Below, in pieces: positions 1 through 10,789 of a DNA stretch of 34,956 nucleotides; the stretch's first letter is position 1, and every line of letters starts with the position of its first letter. Where the stretch lies: NCBI GenBank assembly GCA_031413935.1, contig JANOFZ010000118.1, forward strand, positions 1-34,956. Reading direction: 5' to 3'. The DNA is from Thermoleophilia bacterium. GTDB taxonomy: Bacteria; Actinomycetota; Thermoleophilia; Gaiellales; Gaiellaceae. A model generated the notes under the pieces. It made no database searches and was not told where the DNA came from. It saw only the letters and a program-made list of their open reading frames with translations. Both the position numbers and the translations under genes were made by a program.

Positions 1-138
1 CGACCCCTTGTCGCCAAGACGGTCTGCTTCGACGGCGGAGATCGCGGAGAGATAGCCCGGCACGAGCGGCAGCACGCACGGCGCGAGGAAGGACACGAAG
101 CCGGCGATGAGCGCGACGATGGGATCGGTAGGCCGCAC
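1..138 (-). CDS. ccdA: Cytochrome c biogenesis protein CcdA, 5' part (runs off the window)
   Basis: Manual translation from GTG 138: MRPTDPIVALIAGFVSFLAPCVLPLVPGYLSAI, the CcdA/DsbD TM signature; lies downstream of ccmH and tlpA. Confidence 0.9.
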   Translation of the reverse strand, partial: MRPTDPIVALIAGFVSFLAPCVLPLVPGYLSAISAVEADRLGDKGS

Positions 139-142
139 GTCG

Positions 143-592
143 TCAGTCTTCGAAGCGGCTGAGTTCCTCGTCCAGCCGCTGCTCGAGCTCGGGATCGAGG
201 TCGGCGCCCGGGGCGTCTGCTGCGTCGTCGCGCCTCTTGCTCCAGGTCAACGCGAGCGCGCCGACGACGACCGCGCCGATCGCCACCGCCCCGAGCGGCA
301 GGAGCCACGCGAGAAGGTCGAATCCCCGTTTCGGCGGCTCGGCGAGGACGCCGGGCCCGAACTGGTCGACGAGCTGCTCCTTGATCTCCGCCCCACTGTC
401 CCCCGCGGCGATCCTGTCCCGGATGTAGGTCTTCATCCGCACCGCAATCGGTGCGTTCGACTGGTCGAGCGTCGTCTTGCACGTCGGACAGACGATCTCC
501 GCCTCGAGGTCGGCCTGAACGGGACTGCCCGCAGCGTCGGCCGACGCGGCAAGAACGAGCGCCGCAATGGCCGCGATCACGAGCCGGGTCAC
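143..592 (-). CDS. ccmH: Cytochrome c-type biogenesis protein CcmH/CcmL family
   Basis: Signal peptide, IVCPTC (CxxC), QFGPGVLAEPP and WLLP TM segment; GTG start overlaps the tlpA stop (GTGA). Confidence 0.88.
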   Translation of the reverse strand: MTRLVIAAIAALVLAASADAAGSPVQADLEAEIVCPTCKTTLDQSNAPIAVRMKTYIRDRIAAGDSGAEIKEQLVDQFGPGVLAEPPKRGFDLLAWLLPLGAVAIGAVVVGALALTWSKRRDDAADAPGADLDPELEQRLDEELSRFED

Positions 593-1161
593 TTCGAGTC
601 GCCAAGAGCGAGCCTGATGCCCTCCGCGTACCGCTCGCGGTTGCGCTCGAGATCGATCCCACCTTCGATCACCTCGCCGACGATCCGGCCCTCCCGGTTG
701 ACGAAGAACGTCTCGGGGAACCCACGCACCCCCCACTTGCCGAGCGTCGATCCACGGCCGTCGTCAACAACGGGGTAGGTAAGCCCGAAGCGCTTGATAA
801 AGCGCTTGCCATCCTGCCGGAAGTCCTTGGCGTCGACACCAAGGACGACGAGGCCCTGGTCACGGTACTTCTCGTACGTCTTCTGCAGTTCGGGCGCCTC
901 GTCCTTGCAGGGGACGCACCACGACGCCCAGAAGTTCACGACAACCCCCTTGCCCTTGAGGGAGGAGAACGTGAGGTCGCCTCCCTCCGAATCGATCCGG
1001 GGCAGCGTGAAATCAGGCGCCACAGGATTGGCGCCACCTGCGAGCTCGGCTGATGCTCCGCCCCCGCTACCGAATGCGAGCTTCCAGCCGAGCAAGGCGA
1101 GCAGGCCGACGACGGCTACGACGGCGATGACCTGGCCGACGGTCTTCGCTCGTCCCGTCAT
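589..1161 (-). CDS. TlpA/ResA-family thiol-disulfide oxidoreductase
   Basis: N-terminal TM anchor, APDFTL, NFWASWCVPC, GFPETFFV; ATGA overlap with the upstream stop. Confidence 0.93.
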   Translation of the reverse strand: MTGRAKTVGQVIAVVAVVGLLALLGWKLAFGSGGGASAELAGGANPVAPDFTLPRIDSEGGDLTFSSLKGKGVVVNFWASWCVPCKDEAPELQKTYEKYRDQGLVVLGVDAKDFRQDGKRFIKRFGLTYPVVDDGRGSTLGKWGVRGFPETFFVNREGRIVGEVIEGGIDLERNRERYAEGIRLALGDSK

Positions 1162-2243
1162 GCAGCAACGATGAAGACGGGCGTCCCGACCTCGACCTGC
1201 GTGAACAGCCACTCGACCTGAGGAATCAGCATCCTGATGCACCCATGGGATGCGGAGTAGCCGATCGAGGCGGCATCGGGCGTCCCGTGAATCCCAACGT
1301 AGGGGGAGGAGATACCCATCCAGCGCGTCCCGAGAGGATTGCCGGGGCCAGGCGGTACCGGCTTCGCATCCTTCGCCCAGTCGGACCCGGGGGGCGGATA
1401 CCACCACGGGTTCTCCTGCTTGGTGATGACCTCGAACTTCCCGAGCGGCGTCGGATACTCCGGGAGCCCGGTCGCGACCTTGAACATGCGGATCAACTTC
1501 GAGTTCGTGCCGACGCGGTAGTAGTGCAGCTCGTTCGATCCACGCCTGATCACGATCGCACGGCCGAGCGTATCGCTCTTGATCGGCGCCTCGATCTTCT
1601 CAAACGGGAGATCAAGAAGGCCGCGCCTTTGCGTCTTCAATGCGAGCACGATCACCCGCGTCGCGACGATCGGCTTCAGCCGCCGTCCCGGAACGTCCCG
1701 GGTGGCAATCGGCTTCAGGTTGTGCAAACGAAGCGTCGCGTCGGCGGGCTCACGCTGGAAGCGCTTCGCCAGGGACGCTACGAGCCGGTTGACCTTCGGC
1801 GCCGTCACCGCGACGTTGAGCGGCACCGCAAATCCGGGTCGCTTGACGCGCGCTGCAAGACCCACCGCGCTGTCGATGTCGGGGACAGCGCCGAGCTCTC
1901 TGGGTGTGACGGTGATGCGCGACCCCGGGCCTCCGACGAGCCGAAGGGGACGGGCAAACCGCGACGTCACGAGATCCCGAGCCTCGGCAGCCGTCAGGCC
2001 ACCAACGAGCGTTCCGCCGATGGTCACGCCGGCCGCGATCACCTTCGGCTGAGGCGGGAGCGGGGTTGTTGTCGTTGCTGTCGTTGCTGTCGTGTCGGTC
2101 GCGGTGGTCGTGGTGGTCGTGGTCGACGTCGAGGTCGTTCCCTCGTCAGCGCCAGCACGTGGTGCGGCAGCAAGCAGGACCGCGACGGCCAGCCCGGCAG
2201 CGCCGCATGCCGAAAAAGCTGCGATCGACACTCCGCGTTTCAC
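1158..2243 (-). CDS. Secreted L,D-transpeptidase (YkuD domain) with Thr-rich linker and probable PG-binding region
   Basis: Signal peptide, NPLGTRW, GIHGT...SHGCIRM catalytic motif; GTGA overlap. Confidence 0.92.
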   Translation of the reverse strand: MKRGVSIAAFSACGAAGLAVAVLLAAAPRAGADEGTTSTSTTTTTTTATDTTATTATTTTPLPPQPKVIAAGVTIGGTLVGGLTAAEARDLVTSRFARPLRLVGGPGSRITVTPRELGAVPDIDSAVGLAARVKRPGFAVPLNVAVTAPKVNRLVASLAKRFQREPADATLRLHNLKPIATRDVPGRRLKPIVATRVIVLALKTQRRGLLDLPFEKIEAPIKSDTLGRAIVIRRGSNELHYYRVGTNSKLIRMFKVATGLPEYPTPLGKFEVITKQENPWWYPPPGSDWAKDAKPVPPGPGNPLGTRWMGISSPYVGIHGTPDAASIGYSASHGCIRMLIPQVEWLFTQVEVGTPVFIVAA

Positions 2244-3028
2244 ATCACAAGTGTACCGGCGAAGATGCGCGGATCATTCGTGATCACGCCGTCGACACCC
2301 GCCGTAACGACACGTTTAAGGTCTTCCGGCTCATCGACGGTCCAGGTGAGCACGGGCAATCCCGCCGCATGGCACTTGGCGACCGACGCCTCCGTGACGA
2401 GCCGGTGCTCCAGCATGACGGCCGTTGCCCCCACACCACGCGCGAGCCGCGGCAGCCGGAGCGGCACGGACGCGCGCATCGATGAGAGCCCGAGCGACAC
2501 GATCGGCCAGAGATATGGCTTCCGCGAGATCGAGAGTCGATCTTCCGGATACGTGATCCCAACGCGTACCCGTGGCGCCTCGCGCACAACGGTGCGGAGG
2601 CTTGGACGATGAAAACCGCTGATCACCGTCCTCGATTCGAGACCGTGACGCCTGATCGCGGCCGCCAGTTCATCGAGTCGGATCTTTAGCTTCAGGTCGA
2701 CGTGCAAACCGACGTCGGGTGCCTCGTCAACAAAGAACGCGAGCGCCTCGTCGAAGGTCGGGACGTCTGGCGCAACCTCGCGAAGCGCCTCGAGCGAGTG
2801 GCTCCTGACGCGGCCGGAGGCCAGCCCGTGACTCACCTCGTCGAGGTGGTCGGAGTGGGCAAGAATCAGGGGCCCGCTCTTGAGGTCGAGTACGTCGAAC
2901 TCGATCAGGTCGACCCCGACTTCAATCGCCGCACGGAACGAGTCGAGTGTGTTCTCCGGTGCCAGCGTCGCTGCACCGCGATGACCGATCCGGAGGTACG
3001 GCCGCCCGTCGCGACGAAGGTCGATCAC
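2240..3028 (-). CDS. Glycerophosphodiester phosphodiesterase (GDPD)
   Basis: GHRGA...PENTL, IEFDV, WTVDE, GVDGVITNDP; GTG 3028 overlaps the upstream stop. Confidence 0.93.
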   Translation of the reverse strand: MIDLRRDGRPYLRIGHRGAATLAPENTLDSFRAAIEVGVDLIEFDVLDLKSGPLILAHSDHLDEVSHGLASGRVRSHSLEALREVAPDVPTFDEALAFFVDEAPDVGLHVDLKLKIRLDELAAAIRRHGLESRTVISGFHRPSLRTVVREAPRVRVGITYPEDRLSISRKPYLWPIVSLGLSSMRASVPLRLPRLARGVGATAVMLEHRLVTEASVAKCHAAGLPVLTWTVDEPEDLKRVVTAGVDGVITNDPRIFAGTLVM

Positions 3029-3708
3029 GGTACCTTCCGCTCCGACCGGAGACGCCGGAGCCACCAGGTCGCGAGAATCGAAACGGCGACAGCCTGCAGG
3101 ACAACGATCCCGGCGGCAAGCTGCGACGTGTCCTGCCAGAACGCCTCCGGGTACAGACGGAGCAGCGTGTCGGTGGTCGAGAACCGCCACGTGTCGCCGC
3201 TGAAGAACACCTCGTGGAAGCGCAAGAAGAAGTCGTCGAAGCCGAGCAGGATGATCGGCACTACGAGCAGCACAATCGCGAAGGTCACGAACGCGCCGAT
3301 CTGGAGCCCACGAGGCACAACCGTGCGCCACCGCGATGAGCGCCGGAGCCCAAGCGCGAGCGCGAGGAGGATGCCAACGACGACGAGCTGCAGTCGTAGC
3401 GCGTTCCCGAGCAGTCGGCGCACGTCGGCCATGTGTCGGAGCTCCCGACCGTCGAACGCGGGTGATCCGTCAGGGAGGGTAGCCCTCTCGAGCAGCGCGA
3501 TCCCCTCGCTCGCCGGCTGGATCGAACGGAGCCCCGTGAGGGCGAGCGCAAGGCGGTCCTCCCCTGCGAGCCCGTAGCGGTCCGCAGGAAAACCGTCCTG
3601 GCCGAGCTCGTAGCGGACGAACCAGTCGCTGGACAGGATGCGAAACGCGTTCACGACGAAGATGGGCGTCACGGTGATCGCGATGAGAATGACGACGAGT
3701 CCCGTCAT
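3025..3708 (-). CDS. DUF1461/TIGR01906 membrane protein, lipoprotein intramolecular transacylase (Lit) family
   Basis: 4 TM segments; ELRHMADV, FLRFHEVFF and W.F...D.L..LYP..FW motifs; ATG 3708. Confidence 0.8.
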   Translation of the reverse strand: MTGLVVILIAITVTPIFVVNAFRILSSDWFVRYELGQDGFPADRYGLAGEDRLALALTGLRSIQPASEGIALLERATLPDGSPAFDGRELRHMADVRRLLGNALRLQLVVVGILLALALGLRRSSRWRTVVPRGLQIGAFVTFAIVLLVVPIILLGFDDFFLRFHEVFFSGDTWRFSTTDTLLRLYPEAFWQDTSQLAAGIVVLQAVAVSILATWWLRRLRSERKVP

Positions 3709-3746
3709 GACGGCCGAATGTCCACGCAGATGGATGATTCCGGATC

Positions 3747-3980
3747 TCAGAGGCCGAAGAGTTTCTGGATCTCGTTCCAGATCGTGACCGAGAGGGCGAC
3801 GCTCGCGACGAGCAACAGCAGGAGTACGACCCAGAATCGAAGGCCGGCGCGCCGCGTCCTTCGGCGGTGTTCGATTCGAGCCTTCCGGCGGGCCCGATGC
3901 AGCCGAACCGTATCGCGGACGGCCTCGTGATCCACCACCGGAACATCGTCTGACGGCACGTCGCTTGTCTGTTGCACCAC
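3747..3980 (-). CDS. Small hypothetical membrane protein (about 77 aa)
   Basis: Arg-rich stretch then one TM helix (FWVVLLLLLVASVALSVTIW); TACACT 7 nt upstream of GTG 3980. Confidence 0.7.
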   Translation of the reverse strand: MVQQTSDVPSDDVPVVDHEAVRDTVRLHRARRKARIEHRRRTRRAGLRFWVVLLLLLVASVALSVTIWNEIQKLFGL

Positions 3981-3987
3981 ATTGCGA

Positions 3988-4028
3988 AGTGTAAGCGCCA
4001 ACTCCATCGGCGCGATGATCCATACTAT
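3988..4028. promoter_or_regulatory. Two divergent -10 boxes serving leaderless genes
   Basis: Minus-strand TACACT (3988-3993) 7 nt before GTG 3980; plus-strand TACTAT (4023-4028) 6 nt before ATG 4035. Confidence 0.65.
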
Positions 4029-4034
4029 GACGCG

Positions 4035-4481
4035 ATGGCACTCCCCGATCGCGACAGCTACGGCGGCTCGATCCTCGAGCGAGGCCTCCTCGGGATCGGC
4101 GACCGCCTCGGCCTCCTCGCCGGAGTCGTGCTCGCCGTGTCCGCGTTCACGGGTTGGTACTCGGGCTCCGGAGAGGGTGTCAAGGTGTCTGTTACGGGCT
4201 GGGACACCGGCGTCGCCGGCAAGATCGTCTTCTTTCTCGGAATCGCCGTCGTAATCGTCGTCGCGCTCCGGGAAGGCGGCGTCGAGCCGCCGGCTACGGT
4301 GCCACAGAGCCTGGTCACGATCTTCCTCGGTTCAGCCGCGACGATCATCGTGCTCGTACGTGCGATCTCGATCCCCGACGACTTCTTCTTCGCCGGGCGG
4401 GGCGTCGGAATCTGGATCAGCCTCGCCGCCGCGATCGGCGTGATCGTGGCCGGGCTCCTCCAGGCCTCCGAAGAGCTCTGA
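4035..4481 (+). CDS. Hypothetical 4-TM membrane protein
   Basis: MALPDRDSY..., four hydrophobic helices, -10 box directly upstream. Confidence 0.8.
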   Translation: MALPDRDSYGGSILERGLLGIGDRLGLLAGVVLAVSAFTGWYSGSGEGVKVSVTGWDTGVAGKIVFFLGIAVVIVVALREGGVEPPATVPQSLVTIFLGSAATIIVLVRAISIPDDFFFAGRGVGIWISLAAAIGVIVAGLLQASEEL

Positions 4482-4493
4482 CCAAGACCGGCC

Positions 4494-4706
4494 TCAGGAC
4501 CCGGTTGCTGTGCCCGACTGATCGGTGAGCGTCGTGAGTGTGCGGACGTAGGTCTCCGTGGACGGTGGCGGTGGACCATCATTCAGGGCCTGCCCGATCG
4601 CGATCCCGAGCACGAAGATGACGAGCACGAAGGCAGCGACGAGGAGCCGCCGCGGCCACGGGTTTCGCCGGGTCGATCGCCGCGTGGTCAACCGATCCTC
4701 GGTCAC
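4494..4706 (-). CDS. Small hypothetical single-TM protein (70 aa)
   Basis: GTG overlaps the upstream stop (GTGA at 4703-4706); basic N-terminus, TM LLVAAFVLVIFVLGIAIG, Pro/Thr tail. Confidence 0.7.
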   Translation of the reverse strand: MTEDRLTTRRSTRRNPWPRRLLVAAFVLVIFVLGIAIGQALNDGPPPPSTETYVRTLTTLTDQSGTATGS

Positions 4707-5017
4707 GGCGCGTAGTCCACGGCGCCGCGCGCGTAGATGTGGAATGCGGCGTCCTCGACCATCGCGATCGTTCTGGCCCAGCCGGGCGTCGGTGCCCGCT
4801 CCTCGATCGCCTGTCGCACCCAGCCGTCTGCGCCGGCGTAGGCCGTTGCCAGCATCTCGAGGGTGAACGTGCTCCCCACGCGCCGTCGTAGCTCCGCCGA
4901 GATCACGTCGACCTGTTCGCTGAGCAGAGGCGCCTGGGCTTCGTCCCGGGAGACAAGCTCGAGGCGGCGATAACCGGCCTCCCAGTCGTCGCGGACGAGA
5001 TCGAGGTTGGCGATCAC
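4703..5017 (-). CDS. Hypothetical soluble protein (104 aa)
   Basis: Start/stop overlaps on both sides; normal composition, ends YARGAVDYAP. Confidence 0.75.
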   Translation of the reverse strand: MIANLDLVRDDWEAGYRRLELVSRDEAQAPLLSEQVDVISAELRRRVGSTFTLEMLATAYAGADGWVRQAIEERAPTPGWARTIAMVEDAAFHIYARGAVDYAP

Positions 5018-5535
5018 GATGCATCCCTGTCAACGGGGAAGCAGCAGGCATCGGCCGGCCACGGATCCACGACCTCGGCCAGGATCGCCTCTCCGATGCG
5101 ATAGCCGGGTTGCGCGAGCGCGAAGGCGATGTGGGCATGGAGACACTTGAGCTGCACGGGGTTCCGCGAGCCACCGATGCCGGAGTCGAGTGATGCACCG
5201 TGATCTGCGCCCTCGCTCGTCCCCGCGAGGGAACGACGGATCTGCCGCTGCTGCTCCGTCGCTCGCTCGAGATCCGCGGTCAACTCGGGACTCGCTGCGA
5301 CAGCCGCGCTCCACCGCTCCACTCCGCCGGCGGCTTCGAGACGTGAGACGGCGGCGATCACGTGCCGGCAGGTGAGGTAGTAGGTCGTCGGGAAAGGCGC
5401 CCCGCTACTGTCGTACGGCTCCTGCTCGGTGACGGCCGGCATGCCGAAAGGACAGCGTGCGACGACGCGTCGAAATGCCCGCGGGCGGCGCCCGATCTGA
5501 CGCTCGACGAGGTCGCGGTCTTCCACGGGCGACAC
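5014..5535 (-). CDS. DUF501 family protein (Rv1025-like)
   Basis: PFPTTYYLTC, SRLEAAG, GIGG, KCLHAH motifs; usual position after ftsB. Confidence 0.92.
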   Translation of the reverse strand: MSPVEDRDLVERQIGRRPRAFRRVVARCPFGMPAVTEQEPYDSSGAPFPTTYYLTCRHVIAAVSRLEAAGGVERWSAAVAASPELTADLERATEQQRQIRRSLAGTSEGADHGASLDSGIGGSRNPVQLKCLHAHIAFALAQPGYRIGEAILAEVVDPWPADACCFPVDRDAS

Positions 5536-5553
5536 GGTAGCGAGGGTTTGACC

Positions 5554-5886
5554 CTAGGGTGATGGAGTGCGATGGTTGCGCTGCCACGCCGGAATGCCCT
5601 TGACGATGAAGAGTCGTTCGCCGGGCTTGACGTAGCCGATCCGACGCGCGTCGCGGGCGAGAGCGGCGTCGCTCGTCGTGCGGACGAGGCGTCGCTCGAG
5701 GCGTTGCTTCTCGGCTCGCAGTGCGACGACCTGGGTCATCCGTGTCTCTCGTTCGCTGCGCGTTTCAAGGTAGCTCGCGAGCGGTCGGTAGTACAGGAAC
5801 GCCATCACGATCATGATCCCGAGCGGAATCAGCAGCCGCGACCGGCGTCGTTTCCGCCGCGGCGGTCTCACAGGTTCCCTGCCCAC
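5554..5886 (-). CDS. ftsB: Septum formation initiator FtsB/DivIC family
   Basis: Basic N-terminus, TM helix, coiled coil, ARRIGYVKPGERLF; eno...ftsB-DUF501 synteny. Confidence 0.85.
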   Translation of the reverse strand: MGREPVRPPRRKRRRSRLLIPLGIMIVMAFLYYRPLASYLETRSERETRMTQVVALRAEKQRLERRLVRTTSDAALARDARRIGYVKPGERLFIVKGIPAWQRNHRTPSP

Positions 5887-5899
5887 CCTTCCAGTTTCG

Positions 5900-6045
5900 C
5901 GCCCACCGCACCGCTTTCCTTTGTCAGGAGGAGTGTGCGGGGATCTCGAGAGAGGCGCTTCTCTTTCACGACCCCCTTCGTGCCCTGAGATCTCGGCGCG
6001 AGCGGGCCGGCGGGCCGGCCCCTTCAGGGTCGCGCGAAGCGCGCA
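5900..6045. other. Structured intergenic region, candidate ncRNA or leader
   Basis: Consecutive stems: ccgcac/gtgcgg, gagagg/cttctc, ccctga/tcaggg enclosing gggccgg/ccggccc, gcgcg/gcgc; no family recognised. Confidence 0.35.
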
Positions 6046-6046
6046 G

Positions 6047-6096
6047 AAAAATGCCTAGCGGGATTCCGCGATATGCTCTTCCATCGCGGAATCCCG

Positions 6097-6103
<7 letters not shown>
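6047..6103 (-). terminator. Intrinsic terminator of eno-pyk
   Basis: Perfect 21-bp inverted repeat (6052-6072 / 6083-6103), 10-nt loop, followed by TTTTT on the minus strand; overlaps the pyk stop. Confidence 0.85.
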
Positions 6104-8798
<2,695 letters not shown>

Positions 8799-9656
8799 CT
8801 AGATGATTGATTCCGAGTTGCCGTCCAGGCGGGACTTCGCTCGGACGTACCAGGCCTCCTGCGCGTCGAGGTCGAGATCGCTCCAGACGAGGCCCCGATC
8901 GGCCGCAAGTTGCTCTGCACTCTCGACCCGGGCGACAAACCGACCGGTCGTGGCACGGAGGGCGAGCTCGGGATCGACATTCACGACCCTGGCGAGGTTG
9001 ACGACCGTGAAGAGGAGATCGCCGATCTCGGCGAAGACGCGCACGTCCGCTTCCGTCTCGGGGGCGGGCCGCCCCGTGCGGGCAAGCTCCTCCTCCACTT
9101 CGGCGACCTCCTCGCGCACCTTGGCGAGGGGCCCTTCGAGGTCAGGCCAGTCGAAGCCGATCGCGGCAGCGCGGCGCTGCACCTTGCGGGCGAGCAACAG
9201 CCCGGGAAGCGCCGCGGGGACGTCGTGGAAGATGCCCGAGCGTCCCTCCTGCTCGGTCTTGATCGCCTCCCAGCGTTCTCTGACCCTTCCTGCGGTCTTT
9301 GCTTCGGCCTCACCAAAGACGTGGGGATGTCGGCGCACGAGCTTGGCGTGCACCGTCCGAGCAACAGCCTCGAGATCGCCCTCGCCTTGCTCCTCGAGCA
9401 GCAGGGCGAGAAAGTAGGTCTGGAAGAGCAGGTCGCCGAGCTCGTCGAGGAGCTTCTCGGGGTCGCCGGCAAATGCAGCATCGGCGACCTCGTACGCTTC
9501 CTCGACGGTGTGAGGGACAATCGTCCGTGCCGTCTGCTCGCGATCCCAGGGACAGTCCTGTCGGAGCCGCCGCGTCAGCTCCTGAAGCTCGACCAGAGCG
9601 GCGGCAAGCCCCGCTCCGTCAGCGGCGACCGGCATTGCCTCGTGGCCTCTGACCAC
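8799..9656 (-). CDS. mazG: Tandem-domain nucleoside triphosphate pyrophosphohydrolase MazG
   Basis: CPWDREQT, EEAYE, DELGDLL, KLVRRHPHVF, GFDW, EIGDLLF; start is GTG 9656 (TAGTG overlap) or ATG 9635. Confidence 0.95.
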   Translation of the reverse strand: MVRGHEAMPVAADGAGLAAALVELQELTRRLRQDCPWDREQTARTIVPHTVEEAYEVADAAFAGDPEKLLDELGDLLFQTYFLALLLEEQGEGDLEAVARTVHAKLVRRHPHVFGEAEAKTAGRVRERWEAIKTEQEGRSGIFHDVPAALPGLLLARKVQRRAAAIGFDWPDLEGPLAKVREEVAEVEEELARTGRPAPETEADVRVFAEIGDLLFTVVNLARVVNVDPELALRATTGRFVARVESAEQLAADRGLVWSDLDLDAQEAWYVRAKSRLDGNSESII

Positions 9657-10666
9657 TAGCCGGTCGTCGTCGTGGAGGTCGCTGCCGCGGGAGGCGCGTA
9701 TCCGACCGCGTAGACGACCTTCTCGTCCATTTCCTTCTTCTTCTCGTTCGTCCACTTGGTGAGTGAATCCTGCTGGGCCTTCTCGAGCAGGAGCGCCTTG
9801 ATCTGCGCCGTTGCGGCCTTCTGCGAGAGCGTCTTGCCCGGGCGGACGTCGGAGAGGGACTGGATCACGTGGTAGCCGAACTGCGTCTTGACAGGACGCG
9901 AGATCGACTTCGTGGGGAGCACGAAAGCGGTCGAATCGAACGCTGCGACGGTGTCGCCCCGCTTGATCGTCATCTTGCCGCCACCAGCTTTTGAGGCCTC
10001 GTCCAGGGTGTACCTGGTCACGAGGGTCGAGAAGTCAGCGCCAGCCTTGAGCTCGTTGTAGATCTTGTCCGCTTCGGTCTTCGTCTTCACGAGGATATGG
10101 CGCACGTCACGACTCTCGGCGGTGAAGATCGGGGGTTGCGTCTTGTTGGCGACGTAATACGTGGTGACCTGCGCGTCGGTGACCTTGGCGTCCTTGGTCA
10201 CGGCCACATAGAGCTTCTCGGACAGGATCCGGGCCCTGGTGTCGTCGCGGAACGACTCGGTCGTGTAGCCCTGATCCTTGAGCTGCTTGTCGAGCTTTGC
10301 TTGTTCGCCTCCGAAGTACTGCGCCTTGAGCTGCGTGATCCTATCCTCGATCTCCTTGTCGGTGACGGTGATCTTCAGGTTCTCCGCCGCGGCGTCGTAC
10401 TCGGCACGCTGCACGAGGTAGGCGACGCCCTGGGTCTGCAGACTCTGGTACTCCGCCGTACCGGCCTTGGGGAAGGCGCGCTTACTAGCGGTGTAGGTCT
10501 TCTTGGCCCGCACGAGGAGGCCGTCCAACTCAGCCTTCGTGATCGGGGTGCCATCGACGACCGCGACCGCATTGTCCGGGACGCTCTCGTCACTGCCTCC
10601 GCAGGCAGCCGAGACCGCCACGACGAGTACAACAAGGACGGAGACAATGACGCGAGCTGGTTTCAT
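9656..10666 (-). CDS. PrsA/SurA-type parvulin peptidyl-prolyl isomerase, lipoprotein
   Basis: Lipobox VSAAC-GG, AVAVVDG.PIT, RHILVKT, PVKTQFGYHVI. Confidence 0.9.
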   Translation of the reverse strand: MKPARVIVSVLVVLVVAVSAACGGSDESVPDNAVAVVDGTPITKAELDGLLVRAKKTYTASKRAFPKAGTAEYQSLQTQGVAYLVQRAEYDAAAENLKITVTDKEIEDRITQLKAQYFGGEQAKLDKQLKDQGYTTESFRDDTRARILSEKLYVAVTKDAKVTDAQVTTYYVANKTQPPIFTAESRDVRHILVKTKTEADKIYNELKAGADFSTLVTRYTLDEASKAGGGKMTIKRGDTVAAFDSTAFVLPTKSISRPVKTQFGYHVIQSLSDVRPGKTLSQKAATAQIKALLLEKAQQDSLTKWTNEKKKEMDEKVVYAVGYAPPAAATSTTTTG

Positions 10667-10789
10667 GGATGGCAATCTTTCTCGTTGGCGCAAAGGGATA
10701 GGGACTCCGAATGTATAGACGAGGACGCGTTAATTCGCGGTTGCGATGTGTTCGGATCCGTCGTGTTCACCCCCGAGGAGAACGGCAAT

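Noticed and set aside
2064-2140. Low-complexity GTC/GTT/GTG triplet run
   Set aside because: Encodes the Thr-rich linker of the L,D-transpeptidase.
5980-6030. CTGAGA / CTCAGG words suggesting a TPP or glycine riboswitch (also at 15613 and 15753)
   Set aside because: The rest of the consensus is missing (TPP ACCTGA...AGGGA; glycine GGAGA...CCGAAG), and the gene context does not fit.
10746-10770. GTGTTC repeated twice upstream of the PPIase, LexA-like
   Set aside because: Matches neither CGAAC-N4-GTTCG nor GTTC-N7-GTTC (the gap is 11 nt).
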